Shown here in pieces: positions 45,181 to 57,303 of a stretch of 64,000 nt of DNA (positions are counted from its first letter, which is position 1; every line of letters starts with the position of its first letter). The stretch covers positions 558,001-622,000 of the forward strand of contig JAUPSS010000002.1 in NCBI GenBank assembly GCA_040285825.1, given 5' to 3'. Made by a program: the position numbers and the translations under genes. The notes under the pieces were generated by a model. It had not been told where the DNA came from, did not search any database, and saw only the letters and a program-made list of their open reading frames with translations. The stretch is from Eukaryota sp. TZLM1-RC (taxonomy: Eukaryota > Protista > Metamonada: BaSk clade).

Positions 45181-45499
45181 TTGTTACAGACTTGTACCAG
45201 TGTGGTGGAAGCGAGATGGCGTTTGAATAGGATAACATGCTGAATGTGACATTAAGGTTTATGTCTATCTTACTTAAAGGGTTTTACTGATAATGTAAAT
45301 GGCTTCTGCTATGAGAATTAGGTCGGATTAGGTCGGAATATAGTATGAATTTCTGGACTGTGATGGGATTTCGTAGAATGAGGGTCATGACTGTTTGTAT
45401 CGGAGGATGAGGAGAACCCTCCTTCGGACATAATGTTTGTGTTGAAACAAAACACCTTTATTCAAATAAATTTAATTGAATAAATTTACCACTCATTTT

Positions 45500-45877
45500 G
45501 GAGTGGAAAACAAGGTCACAAACCTAATCTTAATAAACAAGACAATTACGTAATACTATAAAAGTCGACAAGCAGTTTCATGGGGTTTGAGGCAGTGTAA
45601 TCAATGCAAAACGTTCTGGAATCGAGATACCAATTCTGCTCTAGATATTCTGATGTTGGCTGAAGACATTCTGGATGGAAGAGAGAGATCAGAGGTGTTT
45701 AAGAAACAACAGTCTCAAACCATTGTTATTGAAATTACTGATGACAGTCTAAAGGCTGCTGGAAAGGGTACTAAAGGTGCTGGTATACCTATGAGTCCGA
45801 TGCAACAACTTGATCTCAATACATTATCACCAGTAGCGAAAGCGAAAGTTGAAGAAGAATGTATAGTTTTGAAGTAA
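45500..45877 (+). pseudogene. Fanzor C-terminal remnant (further family)
   Basis: RQCNQCKTFWNRDTNSALDIL..AEDILDGRERSEVF. Confidence 0.8.
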
Positions 45878-46430
45878 CTTAAGAAATCAAGCTTTTGTCT
45901 ATTTAGGTTGGTTCTTAGGAGAAAGGCCAAGAGCGAATGTGGTTAGCGTACTATTGTTAGTTAGGAACGAGACAATTGTAGGTGTAAGGGAGTCAGAAAT
46001 GTTGTTTCCGCTGACGTTGTCAAGTCTTTACATCGGAGAAGATAAAGTTCGTGTAAGAAAGAAGTTGTGAATGTTGTCCTGTCAAGAGTCATTGTTAGGT
46101 TGAGTGGTTTCTATTTTAAGATTAAAGAAGTGTCAAGTTGATCGGATTATGAAAAAAAAACTTTATACGAACTCATTGAAACAACACGTTTTCTTGATTG
46201 GATATGCTAATGTTATCACCTAAAAAACTCCTTCAACTGTAACCTTTTCAAGAAAGAAAATAGTTGCGGCAGCTTAAATATCACGTATTATAGTGTTGAT
46301 AATTATTATTTGTTGTTTATAATTATCATTTTGCTCAGACTTTGTATTTGTATAGATGTAAGCAGTTGTGAATAAATCAAATTTTTATTGTTGACTGTCT
46401 GATCTTTTCTCGACTGACATATTCGCTCCA

Positions 46431-48353
46431 ATGGCAAATCCAGAATTGCCACGTCGAGGGCGTGTACTCCTCTGGGAGGTTAACCGTCGCGAGCAACCAA
46501 TAAACGACAGCAAGACGACAGTTCCAGCAAGTGCTGCTCAGATCTTCTCTACTGCAGCTCTTGTTTCAATGGAAAGACAGTTTCGCTATATTCGAACTGT
46601 CACTGTGCTTATTGCCCGGTTAGCACAGCTGTTCGTCCTGCAATATCCGGAAATGGCTTTCTGGTTATATCAACAACAGTTCTGGTATCAATGTCAAGAC
46701 TTTGTAATGGTACCTCACCCGACTGTGAGACGCCCATTCGAGAATCATATGGAAGTGTACCGCGCACTCTATGATGTCTCTTTCCGACCTGGCTGGCCGT
46801 TTACTCCTATTGGCTTTTAGAAGGGAACCGACAACTGGTGCCACTCTGACATTAGAAGCTTTCGCGCACTGCAAATGGCGAGCAGCTTTTGTCAAATACT
46901 TACTGATGGCACTGTCTCCTGGAAGCTGAACTCCTTGCGGACAATGGCTACCTTCTTTGAGTGCCCTTGCCCAAAGAAATATGCTTCATTAGTGGTGAAC
47001 ACGACTGCAGCCACTATTCCTGACTCTTTTGTATCATTTGACTCTTGGTATCATGAAGGTCACTATGAGTACATAATGGACCTATTTATTCAACAGGTTG
47101 CCGACCCTCATCGTTTTGACGCTATGTTGATGCTGGACAATGTTGATCTCAGTCCAGACAACATCACCTTCTTATTCACTGCTGGGCTAAATATTTTATC
47201 CTTTCTGGAAAATATTGCATCTGACCCCATGCGAAAAAATGCCGTGTCCCCATCCCCCAGTTATTCTCCTGGCTTTATCTCTTTTAGTCAAAAACTGGAA
47301 AAGCATTTTCTCTCTTTTAATGCCAACCACTGTCTGCTGAAAGATCCGTTTGCCTTTTTCAGAAAAAAGAAGTATCTGACTTACACAATCAGTTCAGATG
47401 CTGTTTCAGTCCGCTTCACGTTTTCTTTTGCCCCCAAAAAAAATAAGAATCACCGGACAGACAGAGAATTGGCAACCACCATAGCCAGTGGGGAACTCGA
47501 TATACCTGCAAAGAGTCGGAAGCGAAACTTTAGACTTCAACAACAGGTCCGTTCAAGGCAACGTCGAAGAACTGACGACGCCTATGAGCCTCCGCCAGTT
47601 GATCCAATTGAATATTCATTTTGTGCAATTGATCCTAATCACAAAAATTTGTGTGGTTATTCAATTGGATCAAGAATTGATAATAACAATGTTGATCATC
47701 AACTTTCGGGCCTTGTTCTGAATCCAAAGGCAAGGAAGATGATTCACCAACCGGTCCTGACCCATGCATCACCAAATTGCTATTTTGCTAAGAATTTACA
47801 CAAATATCTTAATGAAATAGCAATGCCTTTGATGTGGGTGCCGACACAAGAAGAAATCAGCAATCCCGACTTCCGTCCGAGAACTATACCAGACCAACTG
47901 CTGATAAGTGGAGATCGCCGAGCCCTGCGCCGCAACAAATTTGATTTCTTTATAAGAAGGCAAAAAAGAATAATGGGATTTATTGAAAAAATTAAACTAA
48001 TGGCTAATGGAAGAGAAACCATAATTTGGTTTGGTAGTGGAGGTGATGGGCCATCAAGACAATCTGTGAAAACCCCAAGGAAGCGCTTTTTGAAGGAGAT
48101 TCAGAAACATTTTACATATGTGAAACCTAATGGAGATGAATTCTACACATCTGCCAAAACGAATTGCTGTAAGGTATTCAATCAAAAGTTGTATCACGAT
48201 GATGGGAGGGTGAACAACGATAAGTTTGTTTGCCCTCAATGTCAGACACTCTGGTCGAGGGACATCTCAGCTTCCAGAAACCAACTGGAGATTGCCATAA
48301 GTGAGCACTACTACAATGAAAGACCTGAGGCGTTCCGGAGACCCCGTAGATAA
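46431..48353 (+). CDS. Near-intact Fanzor of about 640 aa with one in-frame TAG at 46818-46820
   Basis: ORFs 46431-46820 and 46875-48353 share a frame. RuvC D/E/D intact: FCAIDPNH, GDEFYTSAKTNCC, CPQC.TLWSRDISASRN. TISSDAVSV motif present. Confidence 0.88.
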
Positions 48354-48639
48354 GTGTTTTTCCATGTATTGCGTACCTGTACGCGTATTGTGATGTTGCT
48401 GCTTTAACTATTGTTTGATCGTGATATCATATAGTGATAGAACTAAAGAAAGCTTAACGTCTATCAGGATTGCATGAATTGGTCAAAAGCCAGAAGTGCG
48501 TTTTGATAGAAATTCACGGTAATGAAGAGAAATGAGAATTTTTAAGATTAAATGTGGAACATTCATGGTCTTTTTCAACAACCTGACAACCCCTTCAGTC
48601 TCCTTTCAGTCTCTTGTCACCCACTACAAGTTATTATTA

Positions 48640-49015
48640 ATTCAGTCACCATATTCAACAAAGCACCTCGATTTCAGTCTATTATACTTATGAAAATCAT
48701 CTTTATCAAATAAATTTGACAATAGGTGTTCCAAGAAAGATATAATTCTGCGGGATAAACACCTAAAATATAATTGCGCTCTTGCACCATCATGAACTTT
48801 CCTTCTAAAAGTAATAAAATGTTTACAATTTAACAAATGAGTAATTTTAATTTTTCGACTACATATACGAATTAAATTATAGGGCAAACAATCAGGCCAG
48901 ATAAAGGAACGAAGTCTCTCATTTAAAGTCTAGGCAGATTGATTTAATAAAGTACAATAGACTTGAGCAATAGTTGTGACTATAACAGAAGTCGTACCAT
49001 CACAAACTTTTTGCA
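48640..49015 (-). mobile_element. Decayed family C retrotransposon fragment
   Basis: PYNLI.IC..HLLNCKHFITFR.KVHD.AR.QLY. Confidence 0.7.
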
Positions 49016-49614
49016 AAAGTTCTGCATACACATACGAAGCCTTCATTTTGTCAATATTGGCTCAAAAATCCTTTACAGCCTTAAAAAGTTTTAAATGCCA
49101 TTGGAAAAGAACCAAAGGGGAAAGCTGCTGACCCTTCAGGCATTCCATTTAATTTGTTGAAAAGTGCTTGCGAAAACTTTCCTGAAACTTCTGAAGATCT
49201 TGCCAGTTAATTTCAAAATTTAATGTGTTTCATTCGTAATAGTTCTGCTGCTGCTTTTAATTGTATTGAAGAAACTGAAAAGGACAACGTTTACTGCCAT
49301 TCCCATTGACCTCTACGAAACTCTTGGATTTTTATGAGGCTAATAGCAATGTTTTTGGGAGTAATCTGTGTCATTTTTAAAGATGATAAGTCATTTGAAA
49401 AGGAATTCATTCACTGAACAAAAAAACAAAAATTTATTTTGATCATATTTTCTTTAAATTCATTAGAGAATCCAGAATTGATGGACGGTATATTATAGAG
49501 CCCATTGGATCATCAGAGAATTGATCCTACAGTTGTTATCCACTGTTTGTTAGACAAAATTGCAGTTGAGTAGACATTGCTGGAACGAATATTTTCCAAA
49601 ATTCCCCTCCACCA

Positions 49615-52600
49615 ATGAACGTGAACAAAGATGTCATGTCATTCCAGATACCAGTTCTTCCTTACGAGATAGAACGTACCTCTCCGAAATTCGATTACTC
49701 CAACAAGCAATGGTGTGTCTCACCGTTTTTTCATTAACACTAGGGAAGCTAGTGTTACCATTTCCAAGGAGTCTGATTCTGTTTCAGTATTTCTTTCTTC
49801 AACACCTTACGACACTTCCACATTTAAAGTTACCATAAAACTTGTCAATCACAACTCCCTGCTTTCAATTCAACATTCATTCAACTCCAGTTTTGCTGAC
49901 GCTATGGGTTTCAATAAGTTTGCCACAGTCTCCAAGATTGAAGATCCTGTTGCCGGTTTCGTTAAGGATGGTTACCTCACATTTAACATCACTATTGAAC
50001 CCCATAATGACTCACTTACCACTACTCTCGTCTCTCGTGCAGAAGACTCTCGTCAACGTACAGGGTATGTAGGCTGTGTTAATCTAGGTGCTACCTGCTA
50101 CATGAACTCTCTCCTCCAGTCTCTTTTCCACACCAATGTCTTCCGCAAAGCAGTGTTTAGTGTCCCTATTGAAGAAGGAACGTTACCCCACGACTCTATC
50201 CCTCTCGCGCTCCAACGTCTTTTCTTTAAGCTTCAGTTTAGTAACAAACCCTGTAGTACCAAAGAGCTAACCACTTCATTTGGATGGACTCAGGCTGATT
50301 CTTTTGTTCAACACGACGCTCAAGAACTCGACAGAGTGTTGTGTGATAAATTGGAAAACAAAATGAAGGGAACTGACTCGGAGAACACCATTGCTGGAGT
50401 CTTTGAAGGTGAAGTTTACTCTTATATCAAATGCCTTAATGTTGACTATGAGTCTTCAAGAGTCGAGACGTTTTATGATCTTTCTCTTGACGTCAAGGGC
50501 TGTTCCAACATTCAAGAATCGTTCATGCAGTACACTTCTGATGAGCTTTTAGAAGGAGAGAACCAGTACATGGCAGAAGGGCATGGTCTTCAAGACGCAA
50601 AGAAGGGATGTAAGTTCAGAAAGCTTCCTCCAGTCCTTCATTGCCATTTGAAACGCTTTGAGTATGATTTTATGACCGATATGCAAGTCAAAGTTAATGA
50701 TCGCTATGAGTTTTACCCCAAAATAAACTTGGCAGAGTTTATGGATGATGAAGTTGATGCTGAATCTTGTACTTACATTCTCCACTCTGTTCTGGTTCAT
50801 TCTGGGGATGTTAACGGAGGTCATTATTATGCCTACATCAAACCATCAATGGATACTGAGTCTTGGTTTAAGTTCGATGATGATGTAGTCGAAGAAGTTA
50901 CTGAGAAGGAAGCAATTGATGGTAATTTTGGAGGAAGAACTACATCTATTGGGGGTATGAATAACTATAGAGGTGGATGGCCTTATAGAAATACAGGGTT
51001 GAGGATGGAATCTTTTAGCTCAGCTTATATGCTAGTTTATGTAAGGGAAACTGATTATGCTGATGTGATGGGTGACGTGACGGTTGCCGATATTCCCAGT
51101 CAATTATTCGTAAAGTTTAAACAGGAGCAGGAAGCTGCTCAAAAAAAGAAAGCCCTTGATGAGATTCAAAAGAATCAAGTGTTGCTAAAAATAGCAACAG
51201 AGCAAGATTTGGAACGATCCAGAGGTCTATTTGAGCTTATTGATTGGGATAGTATTAAACCAGTTACTTTCAAAAAGACAGACACCGTTGATGATGTCAT
51301 CCAATCATTTGTTCAATCAAATATGATTACTAGTGAATCTGAACTAAGTGTTTGGAAGTTTGAATCTGATGATGGTGTAATTAAACCTTCCTCAGTCATT
51401 AACCGTACCTCGCAAGCACTCTCCGTTGTCACTTCAAAGTATCCTAAAACTAATTATGGTTACAATACTTATAACTATTTGAACAATTGGAACACCAATT
51501 ACAACACCAATTGGCTTTGGGATCGAGATAACTCTTCTGATGACGATATGGAGTTTCCAGAGCAGATTTTTGATGGAGTTAAAGATGTTGTTGTGGAGTG
51601 TGCTGAGTCAATTGAGGACAAGGGAGAAGATCAGAATAGTGTGGATATTCCAATCAATCAGTGTCTTTTAATTGTTGAGAATCAATCAGATTTAATGGTC
51701 AATCATACGTCCAAGTTGCTCATCATCAAAGAACTAAAAGACGGTGAACTTGTCTACAGGGGGGTTGTCTGTACACAAACAGCTTCCATGTCAGTTTCAA
51801 CATTAGAGGAAGAAGTTCAAGATTTGACCAAGGTCCCTGATGGTCAAGATATTTCTTTGATTAAGGAACTGCCACCTAGGAATTATGAGCTCATCTCTGG
51901 CGATTTCGAATTTTTTGATTCATCGGGAATTGTTTCAGTCCAGACAGGTCCTGCTGATATTGATTTGGTTGATCTCTATGAAGCTTTTTGTCAAACCAAT
52001 ACTATTGATGTTTACCTGCTTGATCCATCTGGTACCTACTACTATGTCTCCAAGGAAGATTCACTCGGTACAGTTGTTTTAGATTTAACATTGAGTTATG
52101 ATGATTTAGCTGCCACCCTCATTGACAAATTTGACAAATTATCGGGGTATTCTCCTAATAATATTTTATTTTATCCACCACAATCGTATTTTCATAGTTC
52201 GTCAACTTTCCCTTCTCATTTTGCTTGCCATCCCGATCAAACTAGTGATTTGAAATCCATCCTTAGTGCAAAGTCCACTTCCAAGGTCTTACCTTCAACT
52301 CTTTACCTCAAAGCATTACCATTTGACAGAGAGATGGAACCATATATGAGGGTGGTGTCTGTTAATGTTGTAGGTGTCAAGGGTGAAGGAAAGAATGTAA
52401 AGGTTTTTGTACAGAAAGATTGTAAAGGTTCAGAGCTGAGAAGGGCGATCAAGGGTGGTCTTGGACTTTCTGAAGATCAGTCAAGACCATCAAAAATGAT
52501 TGTTTTCAGAGAATTCCACGCAGGAGTATCGTGGATTAAAAAGTTTGAAATTATTGACGAAGAGCATGAGATTGGAAACATTACATCCTGTTTTGTTCAA

Positions 52601-53005
52601 TACTTGGACAGTCCCATTCACCCTGATTCTTTGCCAATTCTAGTCAGACACATGACGGCTCCTTTTATCTATTCTACACTCTCAAAAGGTCATGTCACCT
52701 TTTTTGAAGATCCAGTCTTTGTTTTTGCTTCAAAAAGTACTACGTTTGACCAATTGTTATCCACATCACTTGGATTGGTTAAGATGTCACCCAAAGACAA
52801 GTCATTAAATGATCTCCAAATCCGAGTCTTACCTATCTCCAACACACAGCCTTCAGAAGGGGGAGAAGTGGAACTTAAGGACAAGGTCTTGGGAGAATTT
52901 GAAGATGAAACTTTCGTTAGTGATCATTTTGTTGCACTTCAACACAAGCAACCAATTGTTAATCATTATTATAGAGCTCCCCAAAAGGGAATTGTTATTC
53001 AGTAG
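49615..53005 (+). CDS. USP7: USP7/UBP15-like deubiquitinase (MATH plus peptidase C19), two exons (49615-49712, 49744-53005)
   Basis: DSR..TGYVG..NLGATCYMNSLLQ, QHDAQE, LPPVLH.HLKRFEYD, VLVHSGD.NGGHYY and WFKFDD. Intron removal completes the MATH domain (SPKF....WEASV..SVFL). Confidence 0.9.
49713..49743 (+). other. 31-nt spliceosomal intron (phase 2) in the USP7-like gene
   Basis: GTGTGTCTCACCGTTTTTTCATTAACACTAG; splicing links ATG 49615 to the long ORF and creates the MATH Trp codon (TG|G). Confidence 0.85.
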
Positions 53006-53049
53006 ATAGTAAATACTTTTTTCTTTTTTTTCTTTTTTTTGTTTTACAA

Positions 53050-54213
53050 ATGTTAACTCCACCATTTACAGTTGCTGAAACACTAACACATATCTTGGTC
53101 AATGTTTCGTTACCTCCTGCCTCTACAAACAGTATAGAGGTGGACCTTACTGCTAATTACCTGAGGGTATTTGCAGAACCTTACTTTCTGCGGCTCAGTT
53201 TTGAACATGCTCTCTGCCATGAGACTCCACTTAAACAAACCCTCAACACTCAGGAATGTACATTAACTGTTCTTGTTTCAAAGCAAGAGAGTGGTACTGT
53301 TTTCACCGAACTCGACAACCCCTCCTCTCTTCTTTCATGTCAAGAAAACTGGGATTGGGACCAAGAATCAGAGGTACTTCCACTTGATAGTCACCAATCT
53401 CAATATGGGTTTGGCTTCAACTTCTCCATTGTCAATTATTTCGGTCCCAATAATCCCTGCCCTCTTATTGAGATTGTTCAGCCAGATACTCTTTCTTTCA
53501 ATGAGCGACTCCAAATAAAGGAAACGACAGAAGATGACTCCTTTGATGTTGATCATTTCATTCATGATAATGTCAGTTATGATTCATACCACTATTTTCT
53601 CAATTGTGCGAAGAATTATCAGAATTACCATCTGTTCAATACTACTTTAAACCAAGAATTTTGTTTTTCGAATGATAATAAGATGGAATTAACCTCGAGT
53701 CAAGAAAAGTCCATTCTCTTTGGACTTGCTGATGTTTTGATTGCAATCATTTATGATTACATTGTTAATGAAGGAGATTTTAGTTCTGAAAGCTGGTGGC
53801 TAATTCCAAAGACATGTGCTAGTTTTTCTTGTTTGGTCAAGTTTGACAAGTCATCACACGTTATAAGGTCAATTTATCGTCGATTATTGACCTTTTCATT
53901 ATGCAGAAACGTTGAACTTGTTGATCTTGTTTTTGATATATTAATATACGCACTATCTAATAGGAATGTTGTTTCAAATTTGCTTATTCATTGTTTTAAT
54001 TTATTTCAAGATAATGAGTCTTCAATTGTTTTAAATAAGTTGTTTTTGGAAAAATACTTGAATTATATCCAGTACTCTTGCACCCAAGAAAAATTAAATA
54101 TTTTAGTTAATGTTTTGAAAAAATCTAAATTAAAGTTCTCCCGTTCACAAATTGGCTTAAATGTATCTGAATTTTTACAACTTTGTGAAGAAATTGTGTC
54201 GGGTGAATTGTAA
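53050..54213 (+). CDS. SHQ1: H/ACA RNP assembly factor SHQ1
   Basis: MLTP.F start, PYFLRL.F (CS domain), YGFGF, FD.DHF..D, GL.D.L.A..YD....EG..SSES.W.I.K and RR.LT..L.R. Confidence 0.88.
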   Translation: MLTPPFTVAETLTHILVNVSLPPASTNSIEVDLTANYLRVFAEPYFLRLSFEHALCHETPLKQTLNTQECTLTVLVSKQESGTVFTELDNPSSLLSCQENWDWDQESEVLPLDSHQSQYGFGFNFSIVNYFGPNNPCPLIEIVQPDTLSFNERLQIKETTEDDSFDVDHFIHDNVSYDSYHYFLNCAKNYQNYHLFNTTLNQEFCFSNDNKMELTSSQEKSILFGLADVLIAIIYDYIVNEGDFSSESWWLIPKTCASFSCLVKFDKSSHVIRSIYRRLLTFSLCRNVELVDLVFDILIYALSNRNVVSNLLIHCFNLFQDNESSIVLNKLFLEKYLNYIQYSCTQEKLNILVNVLKKSKLKFSRSQIGLNVSEFLQLCEEIVSGEL

Positions 54214-54293
54214 ATCAATTGAGTAATTCAATTTTATTCCATATTATTAGTTTTAAACCGTTTTATTTTTTATCAACAAAATATATCAAGTGG

Positions 54294-54794
54294 CTACCTT
54301 CTAGACCTTTTACTTATAACTTTTGGAGGTGTTAGAGGAACTACTGAGCTTTCATGTTCACTTTCACCAAAGAGCAAGTCATCAAATTCCAAATTTGCCC
54401 CTTTAACATGTAATGGATTTGGTGATGACACATCCACCAGTTTAGAAGTTTGAAATGAAGATCGAACAGGAGTGGAATGTGTAGTGTCCTCCTTGACCAT
54501 TAGAACGTTAATTATAGAGTCAATTACAGGGAGTAGTCGACTTGGCTTGCTCATGGTAACGGCTTCAGAAAGAATCTGACCATCTGGTCCCTTAAAGTTC
54601 CAACGAAATTGTGTAGATGTATATGACCATGCAGTAATACTTGGCCATGAAAAGGTCATGGAAGGGGTGGAGTGTCCATCCAAAAGTAAGCTAATACCTC
54701 TAAAATCGAATGAGATTTGAGCTGCAGTGTTCTTGTCGCCAAACTTACACTTGAAACTGTTGTTATCATCAGAAATTTTCTCGAAAAACTTCAT
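54294..54794 (-). CDS. Hypothetical protein, possibly PH-like fold
   Basis: Clean 166-aa ORF; GISLL..F.W.SI..WS pattern is weakly PH/FERM-C-like. Confidence 0.5.
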   Translation of the reverse strand: MKFFEKISDDNNSFKCKFGDKNTAAQISFDFRGISLLLDGHSTPSMTFSWPSITAWSYTSTQFRWNFKGPDGQILSEAVTMSKPSRLLPVIDSIINVLMVKEDTTHSTPVRSSFQTSKLVDVSSPNPLHVKGANLEFDDLLFGESEHESSVVPLTPPKVISKRSRR

Positions 54795-54910
54795 AGAGGA
54801 CTGAAATCAAGGTTAGGCTGTGGGAGAGGTGATTCCAAATGAAACTAGGTGTTGTAGATGCCAAAATGGATTTTGGTTTTTCTTAAACCAAAATCTAAAT
54901 AGGAAACAAT

Positions 54911-55370
54911 TCAGTGTGACTTTGACATACAATAGAGTTGATCCCTTACTGCATCATGAACTTTTGATCGGGAAGTAATAAAGTGTTTACAAATAAAAGG
55001 TTGATTCTGAGAAATTTTTGATCCACATTTAAATATCAAATTATGAGGCACGTTATCAGGCCAAACGAAACATCGAAGGCGCATTGTACAAGAAAATTCG
55101 GTATCATCTAAAGGAAGACCATAGGTTTGAGGAATTTGAATAATTAAACACGAAGAGGAACTGTTCTGAGCATCTAACAGAAAATTTGCGAAAGCGGGAT
55201 TAACTTCTTTGGCCGAGCCAAGACGAACATTAAAATCCAAGCCCTCAAAAACTATTGTTTATTTTTGTTGTTATTTTTGAACACATGACGTCAAATTTTC
55301 TAGTGTTCTAATTAATATTTCCTGTGTTATTAGGAAAACATTTTCTCCAAATGTCAGGGAAAACAATCAA
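54911..55370 (-). mobile_element. RLE retrotransposon fragment related to families B and C
   Basis: RLG.AKE.NPAFANFL.D..MRLRCF.WP..P.NLI..C..HDAVRDQLY.M.KS. Confidence 0.78.
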
Positions 55371-55999
55371 CAACATTTTCAAGGTCTCTTAAATAATTAT
55401 TACTTTCAAAGTTCAGCGATTCAACATCATTTGGAAAAATATTTAAATTCACTGGCCATCACTAGTGAGGTCTATCATGTAAAATGTGTTTTGATGTACT
55501 TTACTAGACTGATTGTTTGCATTACAACACAACATTTCACTAATGTTACTAATCTATTCATTGATTCAGCAAGGCGAGAGTAGATTGAGCTTAAAAAATG
55601 CGAAAAAATGGACTGTTTCACAACATTCAATGAAACTGTTCTTCATGAAAGGAAAATTGTTGATTAAACGTCCCATCTCTCCTCTCTCATCATTATTTCA
55701 TTTTAAAGTATTAATTTTGATGTTTGAGCTATTTAAATTTCTATTTCTGGCTCAATAAAATTGGTTTTAGTATTCTCTAAACAATTCCAGTAATGATAAA
55801 CCAAAGACAGAGTATGAAAATCTCACTCAAAAGATTTGATGATGTTGATGCTTGTATTGTTGGTATTGAGTTCTAGTTTGCATTAACTGATCAGTTTGTG
55901 TTTAAAATATGAATAAATTGAAGCAGATAATTATAGTTCATTACATCTTCAGATGAAATATGGTTGAAATATATAGTTGAAAAGTCCCTATTACTATTA

Positions 56000-56136
56000 A
56001 GACATGGATTACTCACTTGCAAGAAGTGTGGATGTCTATGGAATCATAATGTCAATGCTGTTCTTAATATGACTCATGTTGTGGATCAGTAACTCAAAGG
56101 AAATTAAGACCTCAAGTTTTGAAAAGATCATCTTGA
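56000..56136 (+). pseudogene. Fanzor C-terminal remnant missed by the ORF track
   Basis: RHGLLTCKKCGCLWNHNVNAVLNM..RPQVLKRSS*, corresponding to the Zn finger and RuvC-III region. Confidence 0.75.
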
Positions 56137-56203
56137 TTCATTTCATCATATTCCAGTAATCTCAAAGGGTTACTACTATTTGACATTTTTGTGCTGCTAG
56201 CTG

Positions 56204-57079
56204 ATGTCTTCTCCTGTTCTATGTCCAGCCTTCAGCATTTCCTCTCGACACTCTCCCAAGGTCTTCATTTCTCCTGAACATTCTAGGCTAGAAAGCACTG
56301 GTTGCTCTTCATCATTCACACCTTCTGAGGATCTTATGTCCTCCTTCAATCGCACCAAGCGGTCGGGAGCCAGTGTATCATTTCCCCGTGGATCACACAG
56401 CTCCAAAGTTTTTATCTCTAATGACCACTGTACACCTGATCTTGATGCTCCAGGACCCGGAACCTTTTCTTTGGAAAATTGTACTTTCTCTCATCACAGA
56501 TCCCCTTGTCACAAGTTTTCCGGAAGCTCTCCGTCCAATCGCTTTATATCCAACCTTCATAGTGAAACCAATGGCCCAAAGGACAATCCTTCTCCCTGTC
56601 ATTACTCTCCTCCATCAAGCCAGAAAGCCAAACCTTCAACCAATACCCCATGTTACTCCATAGGTAATCGACATTGTCCCAAAAGGTTCATCTCGCGTGC
56701 CCACTCTCAAACTTCTAGTCCAATGCACACCCCTGCCAGCAATCTTGATCACTCTGTTTGGGCACCTCCAACCAAAATACCAAGCAAGGCAAAGGGACCT
56801 TCATTAAAGGGAACTTTCTCTAAAAAGGTGTACATTAGCAAAACCCATTGCTCAGAACTTTTGAACACAGAGTCTAGTCAATGTGTTTCTTTGTTGAAAA
56901 CCAATGATATTCACAAATCACCTTGTTTTTCGTTTGGTAAGCTTAATCGAGAACAGCGTTCCAAGGTGTACATGGGCAAGGAGTATTTGGTTCCAGGAAG
57001 TCAGAATCAATTGGGACCGGGCAGTTATGAAGTTGTTTCAAGCATGGGAGCGGCAGCAAAAGTAAAAGGGAAAAAATGA
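56204..57079 (+). CDS. SHIPPO/PGP-repeat-like protein (possible axonemal protein)
   Basis: Repeated PGPG.F, PSP.HY and GPG.Y units with P.FS motifs and K.FIS..H repeats. Confidence 0.55.
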   Translation: MSSPVLCPAFSISSRHSPKVFISPEHSRLESTGCSSSFTPSEDLMSSFNRTKRSGASVSFPRGSHSSKVFISNDHCTPDLDAPGPGTFSLENCTFSHHRSPCHKFSGSSPSNRFISNLHSETNGPKDNPSPCHYSPPSSQKAKPSTNTPCYSIGNRHCPKRFISRAHSQTSSPMHTPASNLDHSVWAPPTKIPSKAKGPSLKGTFSKKVYISKTHCSELLNTESSQCVSLLKTNDIHKSPCFSFGKLNREQRSKVYMGKEYLVPGSQNQLGPGSYEVVSSMGAAAKVKGKK

Positions 57080-57303
57080 TTGTACCATTAGTGTTTCCAA
57101 TTTTAGTAAGTGTTATTTGGAAAGTTTTGTTCTTTTGATATAACTTGAATAAAAGGAAAAGGATAAAAGAAGAGTTTAATAAATGGGAAAATTTAAAAAT
57201 TTAAATTTCCAAAAAAAGGAGATAATTATTGCAAAGATAACATACATATTTACAAGAGAGGGACAAGAATTCTGAATTACAAAATTAATTTCCGGTAGTC
57301 AAA

